A stretch of 64,000 nt of DNA from Verrucomicrobiota bacterium (GTDB lineage Bacteria; Verrucomicrobiota; Verrucomicrobiia; Chthoniobacterales; JAFAMB01): NCBI GenBank assembly GCA_019247695.1, contig JAFBAP010000036.1, forward strand, positions 27,086 to 91,085, written 5' to 3'. The translations under genes and the position numbers were made by a program. Below are positions 38,749 to 46,304 of this stretch, one piece after another. The notes below the pieces were generated by a model, which was not told where the DNA came from, made no database searches, and worked only from the letters and a program-made list of their open reading frames with translations. Position 1 is the stretch's first letter. Each line of letters starts with the position of its first letter.

Positions 38749-40713
38749 ATGACATGCAACAATAAAAGAAGAAGAGGAAGCAGTTGGATCGTGATCCCGG
38801 GCGTCTTGTTTGCGGGAGCAGTCGTGGCCACTTCGATTTGTCGGCGCCTTGCGGGTCAGTCCGGAAAAGCAGGGCAGCGGTCGGCCATATCGCGCCTGCT
38901 GGAACCACTATTCGCGGTCATTAATCGATCCTGCCCCTGGCACAAACTACCGCCGTGGTTGGGCGCATTAAACCTCATCTCGTTTCGCGAGGTTCTGCAA
39001 CACGAGAATCTGTACGATACTTCTGCGCCGGGTGCGTCGGACGCACGGGTGACCTGTGATCCGCGGTCGGTGTACGCACGCCGCTCTGAAGGGACCTGTA
39101 ACAATTTGCAACATCCCGAGATGGGTGCCGCTTGCCAGCGGTTTGGCCGAAACGTTCCGCGGCAATTCACGTATCCCGAGGCCGCGCCGGCGATCATGTC
39201 GCCAAGCCCGCGCGTGGTCAGCCAGCGCCTGCTGGCGCGCGAAAGTTTCCGGCCGGCAGAATCATTGAACCTGTTGGCCGCGGCCTGGATTCAATTCCAG
39301 ACGCACGACTGGTTTTCCCATGAGCGCGGAAAACCGTCGTCGAATGACTTCGAAATTCCAGTCGACGGTAATGATCAGTGGAAGGGAGGCTCGCCGATGC
39401 GCATACCGCGGACGCCCCCTGATCCGACGCGCAAACCCGAAGAGTCCGAACTGCCGCCGACTTACCGCAATCGCGAGTCCCACTGGTGGGACGCCTCGCA
39501 AATCTACGGCAACAGCGAGGAAGAAACCGACAAGCTTAAGAACACGCAAGATCCCGGCAAGTTAGAAGTCGATGAAAAGTCACACCTGTTGCCGCTTGAT
39601 CCAACCACCGGCGAGCTCCGAACAGGTTTCAGCGATAACTGGTGGGTGGGACTGGCGCTCTTGCACACCCTTTTTGCCAGAGAACACAACGCCATCTTCG
39701 ACCATTTACGCCGGCAGTACCCGTACTGGAACGAAGATCAGCTTTTCGACACCGCCCGATTGATCAACGCCACGCTGATGGCGAAGATTCATACGGTCGA
39801 GTGGACGCCTGCCATTCTTGCGCATCCCACGTTGAAGATCGCGATGAACGCCAATTGGTGGGGACTGGCAGGCGAAGGACTTCGCAAGCTGGTCGGCAGA
39901 ATCAGCAACAGCGTGCTTATCAGCGGCATTCCGGGGTCGGCCACCGAACTGCATGGGGTCCCGTTCGCGCTCACCGAGGAGTTTGTGTCGGTGTACCGCC
40001 TGCACGCGCTCATCCCCGACCAGCTGAGATTCTACCACGTCTCGGACGGCAGACACCTCAAGGATCTGGAGTTTCGCAACGTCGCTTTCGAGAACGCGGC
40101 GAGCCTGCTGGATGACGGCACGACGATGGGAGACATCTTCTACTCGTTCGGGATTTCACATCCCGGGGCCATTACCCTGCATAACTACCCGCGATTCCTT
40201 CGGGAACTCGAAATGAGGGATGATAAGCAAAATAAGCTGATCAAGGACGCGCAGGGCAAGCCGGTCTACCTTGATCTGGCTGCGGTGGACATTATGCGGG
40301 ACCGTGAACGCGGCGTGCCGCGCTACAACGAATTTCGCCGGCTGCTGCACAAGCCGCCAGTGACAACGTTCGAGGAAATCACCTCGAACCGGACCTGGGC
40401 GCAGGAGCTGAAAGAGGTTTACGGTGACGTGAACCGGGTGGATCTGATGGTGGGCATGTTCGCCGAGGATCTGCCGGAGGGGTTCGGATTCAGCGATACG
40501 GCCTTTCGTATTTTCATCCTGATGGCATCGCGGCGGCTCGAGTCTGATCGCTTCTTTACCGACGATTTCCGTCCCGAAATTTATACGCCGGAGGGCATAG
40601 AGTGGATTGACAACAATGACATGAAAAGTGTCCTGTTGCGGCATTACCCCGAGCTGCGCCCGGCGTTGCGGGAAGTCAATAACGCCTTTGCACCCTGGCG
40701 CGTCGTTGCGTAG
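38749..40713 (+). CDS. Haem dioxygenase/peroxidase of the cyclooxygenase-peroxidase superfamily, plant alpha-dioxygenase (PIOX)-like
   Basis: Conserved strings are CPWHKLPPWLG, AAAWIQFQTHDW, HWWDASQIYG, REHNAIFDHL, AKIHTVEWTP, HGVPFALTEEFVSVYRLHALIPDQL, DIMRDRERGVPRYNEFRR and FILMASRRLESDRFFT. ATG 38749 gives the N-terminal anchor KRRRGSSWIVIPGVLFAGAVVATSI. Confidence 0.9.
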   Translation: MTCNNKRRRGSSWIVIPGVLFAGAVVATSICRRLAGQSGKAGQRSAISRLLEPLFAVINRSCPWHKLPPWLGALNLISFREVLQHENLYDTSAPGASDARVTCDPRSVYARRSEGTCNNLQHPEMGAACQRFGRNVPRQFTYPEAAPAIMSPSPRVVSQRLLARESFRPAESLNLLAAAWIQFQTHDWFSHERGKPSSNDFEIPVDGNDQWKGGSPMRIPRTPPDPTRKPEESELPPTYRNRESHWWDASQIYGNSEEETDKLKNTQDPGKLEVDEKSHLLPLDPTTGELRTGFSDNWWVGLALLHTLFAREHNAIFDHLRRQYPYWNEDQLFDTARLINATLMAKIHTVEWTPAILAHPTLKIAMNANWWGLAGEGLRKLVGRISNSVLISGIPGSATELHGVPFALTEEFVSVYRLHALIPDQLRFYHVSDGRHLKDLEFRNVAFENAASLLDDGTTMGDIFYSFGISHPGAITLHNYPRFLRELEMRDDKQNKLIKDAQGKPVYLDLAAVDIMRDRERGVPRYNEFRRLLHKPPVTTFEEITSNRTWAQELKEVYGDVNRVDLMVGMFAEDLPEGFGFSDTAFRIFILMASRRLESDRFFTDDFRPEIYTPEGIEWIDNNDMKSVLLRHYPELRPALREVNNAFAPWRVVA

Positions 40714-40812
40714 CCTGTAACCCGGCGCGCCGTGATGCCTGCGCCCACCGGCGGCGCTCACCTCAAATTCAACACGCGCGAAACGTGCGATCCCGGCAGG
40801 AGGACGTCACCC

Positions 40813-42132
40813 ATGCAACCAATTCCCAATGCCTCTCTGTTAGATAACGTGGCGTTCAATCTGCTCCACACCGTTCCGTATTTCCTGCGGGGTATTTTTA
40901 CGAAAAGCCATTTCTGGAGCTGGTGCTTCAATGCCTTGCACACGGATGCTCTGGTGGTCCGGCTCTGCCAGCGCCTTCGCGCCAAATACGGAAGCGACTT
41001 CATCTACCTTTACCTGCTTCAGAACAAGGCCCTATGCGTATTTGACTATGACGGCATCAAACATGTCCTGGACAATTCACCGTTCATCTACGCTGACCCG
41101 GACCTGAAGCGCCGGGGCATGTCGCACTTTCAGCCGAACGCTTTGACCATTTCAAGAGGGGAAGAATGGAAGGATCGCCGGCGTTTCAATGAGGCAGTCC
41201 TGAATTCCGACCGCGCCGTGCACGAGCACGGCGATCTGTTCCTCGAGATTATCCGGTCCGAAGTCAACGCTCTGCTGGAAGACACAGCTGGCTACCTTGG
41301 CTGGAAGGATTTCGACCAGCTTTTCAAACGCATCACGCTGCAGCTGATTTTCGGTACGTCGGCGCGCGAGGAATCGGAACTGACCGATCGGCTGGAAAGG
41401 ATGATGCAGGAAAGCAACCGGGTTTTTCTGTTGAAGAAGTCGAAGGACTTCGACCCGTTTTACGAGCGGATCCGGGCGCACCTGGCTGAGCCGGCGCCGG
41501 GCAGCCTAAGCGCGCTCTGCCCGCACGCGCCGTCCGGTCCGCTGACGCGCCAGGAAAACCAGGTGCCGCACTGGATGTTTGCCGCGATGGAAACGCTGGC
41601 CACAAATGCGCTTCGGACGCTGGCAACGATCGTCGCCCACCCTAAGGTCGAAGAGCGCATCCGGCTGCAACTCGCCGGAAAGCCTTTCAGTTCCGCAGCC
41701 GAGGTTGTCTCGCTGAAGTACCTTCGGGGCTGCCTGCAGGAGGCCATGCGTCTCTGGCCGACCACGCCGATGCTCGGTCGCCTCACGGTATCGGACGACC
41801 AGTTGGGCGGACGTCCGGTTCCGGCAAACACCCAGGTGATCATCCTGAACACCTTCCTTCATCGCGATTCCGAGAGGCACTACTTCGCCAACCGTTTTTC
41901 ACCGGATCTCTGGCTGGAGAGCGAAGAAAATTACTATTTTAATCACTTGAGCAATGGGCGCCAGGCCTGTGCCGGAAAGAACCTGGTGCTGTTCGTCGGA
42001 ACGGCCGTTCTGATTGAATTCCTTCGCGGCGGCCGGTACAGGCTGCGCCGCCCGGCCCTGCGTCCCGCCAAACCGCTTCCCCACACCTTCAATGAATTTC
42101 GAATCAAGCTTGAGCGTATTCCCCTCTACTAA
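40813..42132 (+). CDS. Cytochrome P450
   Basis: ATG 40813 is preceded by aggagg. The Cys-ligand loop is HLSNGRQACAGKNL (Cys codon 41968-41970). The K-helix is LQEAMRLWP (ExxR), with a meander RFSPDLW. About 440 aa. Confidence 0.85.
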   Translation: MQPIPNASLLDNVAFNLLHTVPYFLRGIFTKSHFWSWCFNALHTDALVVRLCQRLRAKYGSDFIYLYLLQNKALCVFDYDGIKHVLDNSPFIYADPDLKRRGMSHFQPNALTISRGEEWKDRRRFNEAVLNSDRAVHEHGDLFLEIIRSEVNALLEDTAGYLGWKDFDQLFKRITLQLIFGTSAREESELTDRLERMMQESNRVFLLKKSKDFDPFYERIRAHLAEPAPGSLSALCPHAPSGPLTRQENQVPHWMFAAMETLATNALRTLATIVAHPKVEERIRLQLAGKPFSSAAEVVSLKYLRGCLQEAMRLWPTTPMLGRLTVSDDQLGGRPVPANTQVIILNTFLHRDSERHYFANRFSPDLWLESEENYYFNHLSNGRQACAGKNLVLFVGTAVLIEFLRGGRYRLRRPALRPAKPLPHTFNEFRIKLERIPLY

Positions 42133-42254
42133 CAAGGGGCGGCCGAACCGGCGCGCGCTCGAGGCTCCGCGGCAATGTACCTCCCGCATGCAAAGGCAAC
42201 ACCCCCCCACCATCCTCATCTGCATACCACGTAAGTTAAACCGCGATTGAGTTT

Positions 42255-43748
42255 ATGGCCGGAGATATCATTTTCGAACCGTTAAAAATCGGGAAAAACT
42301 TTGAAACGAAGAACCGGATTTTTCGTTCCAGCATTTCCGGTCGCTTCGACAACTACGACGGGTCGGGTACGGAGGCCCGGATCAACTGGGAAGAGAAATT
42401 CGCCCGCGGCGGCGTCGGCTCGATCATCACCTCCTTCGTGCCTGTCAGCATCCGGGGACGAATCCTACCGAACTACGCCACAATTGATACCGATGACCGG
42501 ATCGATTTCTGGAGGGCCGTCGTGGAGCGGGTGCATCAGCACGATTGCCGCTTCATCATTCAAATAAGCCATTCCGGCCGCCAACGCGATAACGGTGGGG
42601 TTGAAAATGTCCATAACAAAGCCCTGAGCTCGACGAGCCAGTACGAGCCGCTCCATGGATTTCCCTGCCAGGCCATGACCCTGGAAGAGGTTCAGGAAAC
42701 CGTTGAGCTCTTCGGTAAGGCGGCGCACCGGGTCCAGGCTGCCGGGGCGGACGGGGTTGAGACCCACAGCGCAAACGGTTACCTATTCACCCAGTTTCTC
42801 AGTTCAGGAGTCAACGATCGGCATGACAAATACGGCGGTTCGCTGCCGAACCGGGCCAGGTTCCTCATGGAAGTGATCAGGGAAGTCCGTCGGCAGGTTG
42901 GAGACGATTTCCATTTTCAGATCAAGATCAGCGCCGTCGAACGGAACAACGCCGTTCTTCCCTGGGAAAAACCGGGCAACGGCCTGTCGGAATCAATTCA
43001 GATCTGTCGCTGGGCGCATCACCCCGTCGAATGGGCCCGGGCCGCCGGCGAGGACGAGGCGGTCTGGAGTAAAGTGAAGGGTCCGGTCGCGTTTCATGTG
43101 TCGACGGGAAGCAGCTTCCCGCATCCGCTGAATCCTCCGGGCGATTTTCCGACCGAAGTGCTGGCACGGACGTACGAAACGGTTATCTCCAGCGGCACGC
43201 ATACGTTCCGCAACTTCATCCTGTTCCGCCATGCATTGGGCGCCTGGCTGTTTCGAACCCTTTGGTTGCGGGTGCAGAAAGGGGTCAAAGGCCACCGGCT
43301 CAACGTTCCCAAGGTGAAGCAGCCCTTGATCACGCGCGGCTTGACGCCTGCCGGCATGCAGCGACTGCTCGACGCCTACCAGGGCGTGAGCCTCGGTGAT
43401 GCGCAGCGGATCAGGCAGGCCCTGGCCAACCAGGCCAGGGCGCTCGGGATGAATCCACCGCCGGTCATCTGCACCGGGGGATTTCAGCAGGCGTCGTACA
43501 TCCGGAGAGCAATTCAGGATGGCTACTGTGACGCAGTTTCAATGGCCCGGCCGCTCATCGCAAACAACGATCTGCCCAAAATCTTTCAGAGCGGTGCGGA
43601 TTTTCCCAAAAATCCGTGCACGTACTGCAACAAATGCCTGGTCCATGACATCGAAGATCCGTTGGGATGCTACAACGAAGACCGGTATGCGAATTACGAC
43701 GACTTGCTGCAGTCCGTGATGTCCGTGTTTGAACCGGCCGCGCGGTAA
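42255..43748 (+). CDS. NADH:flavin oxidoreductase, Old Yellow Enzyme family, with internal insertion and C-terminal CxxCxxC-x10-C motif
   Basis: It has NRIFRSSISG, QISHSGRQ, GADGVETHSANGYLFTQFLS..NDRHDKYGGS and MARPLIANNDLP. The Cys motif CTYCNKCLVHDIEDPLGC is at 43617-43670. It is 497 aa versus about 350-370 for a plain OYE. Confidence 0.85.
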   Translation: MAGDIIFEPLKIGKNFETKNRIFRSSISGRFDNYDGSGTEARINWEEKFARGGVGSIITSFVPVSIRGRILPNYATIDTDDRIDFWRAVVERVHQHDCRFIIQISHSGRQRDNGGVENVHNKALSSTSQYEPLHGFPCQAMTLEEVQETVELFGKAAHRVQAAGADGVETHSANGYLFTQFLSSGVNDRHDKYGGSLPNRARFLMEVIREVRRQVGDDFHFQIKISAVERNNAVLPWEKPGNGLSESIQICRWAHHPVEWARAAGEDEAVWSKVKGPVAFHVSTGSSFPHPLNPPGDFPTEVLARTYETVISSGTHTFRNFILFRHALGAWLFRTLWLRVQKGVKGHRLNVPKVKQPLITRGLTPAGMQRLLDAYQGVSLGDAQRIRQALANQARALGMNPPPVICTGGFQQASYIRRAIQDGYCDAVSMARPLIANNDLPKIFQSGADFPKNPCTYCNKCLVHDIEDPLGCYNEDRYANYDDLLQSVMSVFEPAAR

Positions 43749-43874
43749 CCGGCGGAAAATCTGCCAGCGTTCCTGCAACCTAATGAAAATCGAGCGATGC
43801 CGGCTTTCAGGCTCGGCGCCGGGTGCACGGGTCGATTTTGAACTGAGCCGGTTAAATTCAGTGATGAAGCTGCC

Positions 43875-45311
43875 TTGACCATGAGAAAACTGATTATAGC
43901 GGGTGTCATCGTGCTGGTCGTTGTCGTAATCGGCTACTTTTGGGTTCAGCGTGAGATCAATGGCGTGCCCGTGGATTATTCTACCGACCCCGGGAGCCGG
44001 GAGTTCAACGAGGAGTTCAAGTACGGTTCAATCGGGAGCGATGCGAAGGGTATTCCTTACAAGCTGTGGAAAATTCTCCCGGCGGTCTTCAAGGACCACC
44101 TCCCTGCACCGGCGAACGGGTACGAAGCGTTAGGGTTTATTCAGGAAGAGGGAAAATCCACGCCGATCGGCATTTCGGTAAGGAAGGGGTTTATCGATAC
44201 GGTAGGGCTTAACTGCGCCTCCTGCCACACCGGGGAGGTTCGCGAACGCCCGGGAGCGCCGCGAAAAATTTACACGGCGATGCCGGCCCAACAGCTCGAT
44301 CTGGGTAAATACTTTAACTTCCTGTTTGCGTGCGCGCAGGATCCCAAATTCAACCGAGACGACCTGATGAAGGCGCTCGAGGAACATGAAGGGCTCGGGT
44401 CCCTGGAAAAGCTGTTTTACCCATCCGCAATCGACCAGACAAAGCAAGCGTTGCTGGAGCAGGCCAAGGCACTCAGCTACATGGCGAGCCGGCCGGAAAT
44501 GGGTCCCGGACGCGTAGATACCTTCAACCCCTACAAGGTCTTGTTTTTTCATGTGGACATGGCGAACGATCATACGATCGGCACCGTCGACTTCCCTGCG
44601 ATCTGGGACCAGGATATCAAACGGAATCTGTGGATGCATTGGGACGGGAACAACAATTCCATCGATGAACGCAACATCAGCGCGGCTTTAGGCGCCGGGG
44701 CAAATCCCAAGACCGTGGATCTGACCCGGATAAATCGGATCCGTGACTGGCTGATGCCGCTTCCGAAGCCGGACTACCCATTCGGTACAGATCAAAAGCT
44801 GGTCAGCGCTGGCGAACCGATTTATCGACAGCAATGCGCGCGGTGCCACGAACCCGGCGAGAGCCTTTTCGGCGCCGTGACCCCGGTCAAAGAGTTGGGG
44901 ACTGATCCTCACCGGGTGGATGCTTTCGACGAGCAGATGGCCAAACGCATGAACACGTTGGGTGAGGACTACCCATGGCAGTTCAGACACTTCCGCACAA
45001 CAGACGGGTATGCCAACCGGCCGCTCGACGGAGCATGGGCGCGGGGGCCTTTTCTCCACAACGGGTCTATCCCGACTTTGAACGATCTTTTAGAGGTGCC
45101 CGCAAATCGTCCGGCAAAGTTCTACCGTGGCAATGACGTCTACGATACAGATCATCTCGGTTTCGTCTCATCGGTCGCGGAGCAGGATGGACGCGCCTTG
45201 TTTCTTTACGACACCACATTGCCAGGCAATTCTAACGCGGGACACCTTTACGGGACTAATCTCAGCGCCGCCGATAAGCGTGCCCTGCTTGAATACCTGA
45301 AAACCAAGTGA
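43875..45311 (+). CDS. Membrane-anchored dihaem c-type cytochrome-like protein (distantly CCP/MauG-like)
   Basis: The N-terminal TM segment is LIIAGVIVLVVVVIGYFWV. There are two CxxCH sites: CASCH (44214-44228) and CARCH (44835-44849). GPFLHNGSIPTL downstream of the second haem resembles the APY(F/M)HDGS box of bacterial dihaem peroxidases. Confidence 0.7.
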   Translation: MTMRKLIIAGVIVLVVVVIGYFWVQREINGVPVDYSTDPGSREFNEEFKYGSIGSDAKGIPYKLWKILPAVFKDHLPAPANGYEALGFIQEEGKSTPIGISVRKGFIDTVGLNCASCHTGEVRERPGAPRKIYTAMPAQQLDLGKYFNFLFACAQDPKFNRDDLMKALEEHEGLGSLEKLFYPSAIDQTKQALLEQAKALSYMASRPEMGPGRVDTFNPYKVLFFHVDMANDHTIGTVDFPAIWDQDIKRNLWMHWDGNNNSIDERNISAALGAGANPKTVDLTRINRIRDWLMPLPKPDYPFGTDQKLVSAGEPIYRQQCARCHEPGESLFGAVTPVKELGTDPHRVDAFDEQMAKRMNTLGEDYPWQFRHFRTTDGYANRPLDGAWARGPFLHNGSIPTLNDLLEVPANRPAKFYRGNDVYDTDHLGFVSSVAEQDGRALFLYDTTLPGNSNAGHLYGTNLSAADKRALLEYLKTK

Positions 45312-45555
45312 CCGGATAAATGAACAGGTCGGCGGTTCGGTTCCGCCGAGCCGCCTCGTTCGGTATCCTCGGGAATTGGATTTTCGCCATTGTCGCTTTG
45401 ATTGCGCCTCCCCGACTTCGTTCGTCACTACCCGCGCGCCAGGCAAGTTGAAACGACGGTATGGCCCATCAACCACTCCGTGCGGCTGGCACACTGAGTT
45501 GTGAGTTGTTTCCATATTCCATACCCCGGCGCTACAACAGTCGCTACCGCTCTCC

Positions 45556-45966
45556 TCATTCCAAAGACCTCGGAGCCTCGTCCTTGAGCGCCAGCCAAAG
45601 CAGAATCCCGTTAAAGACCGCATAGGTGCAGTCGAGGATTCCGAACGTCAGGAATGCGCGGGTTCGCCCCTCGATGAAGACCAGCCATAACCAATAAAGG
45701 CCGATCGCCATTCGGACCAGCACCCCAAATATCGCGTTCCACCGGTAGCGCTGCGGATCGTTGCCTCCCGGGATATACAAGATCGAGATGAAGAACAGGA
45801 GAAGGCCCGCTTGACGCATCCAGACCACCGAACCCCCGCCGCCGGGCAATCCAAACCAATCGAGATACCACTGCGGCGCGAAAACGAACGGCAGCGCCAT
45901 CCCCAAAATGTTGATCAGGACGCCAACGAAGACAACGCGGCTGAGCCACTTGATGTGTTTATTCAT
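45556..45966 (-). CDS. Hypothetical 4-TM membrane protein
   Basis: 136 aa with four clear hydrophobic segments (VVFVGVLINILGMALPFVF, AGLLLFFISILYIPG, IFGVLVRMAIGLYWLWLVFI, FGILDCTYAVFNGILLWLAL). I recognise no family. Confidence 0.5.
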   Translation of the reverse strand: MNKHIKWLSRVVFVGVLINILGMALPFVFAPQWYLDWFGLPGGGGSVVWMRQAGLLLFFISILYIPGGNDPQRYRWNAIFGVLVRMAIGLYWLWLVFIEGRTRAFLTFGILDCTYAVFNGILLWLALKDEAPRSLE

Positions 45967-46089
45967 GAAGGAGCGACTTGAATTCCTGGACTAACAGGAT
46001 ATTCCAACAAAGATACGTAAAACGCCACGAGATTATCGCCGCTGGCACAGTCCCGTTCACACGAGCAGGGTGAAGCGTTAGACACTTAA

Positions 46090-46272
46090 CATCGTCCATG
46101 GCATTCACGACGCCGGAGCAAGAGGGGAGCCGCGGGGCGCGCACTCGGTGCCGCCCTGGACCGCACCTCCCAAACGGTGCGCAATACCATCCATGCCTTC
46201 GAGCAGCAGGGGCGACACTACACGCCTTTCACGGACCCAGCCAGTCGACGAAGGGCCGATGCGAGTATAGCT
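46090..46272 (+). mobile_element. Possible relic of an IS630-like / HTH transposase N-terminus (no start codon)
   Basis: The + frame reads GRALGAALDRTSQTVRNTIHAFEQQGRHYTPFTDPASRRR. This resembles the HTH segment (..LG.S..TVRN.I..F...G...L) of IS630-type transposase N-termini. It is degenerate, about 60 codons, bounded by stops. Confidence 0.25.
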
Positions 46273-46304
46273 TAAACAGCATAGAGCAGATCTGAAGGCA
46301 TCGC

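Noticed and set aside
45168-45623. 151-aa ORF on the - strand in the dihaem / membrane-protein gap
   Set aside because: It overlaps the 3' end of the dihaem gene and the 4-TM gene, with no motifs or hydrophobic pattern.
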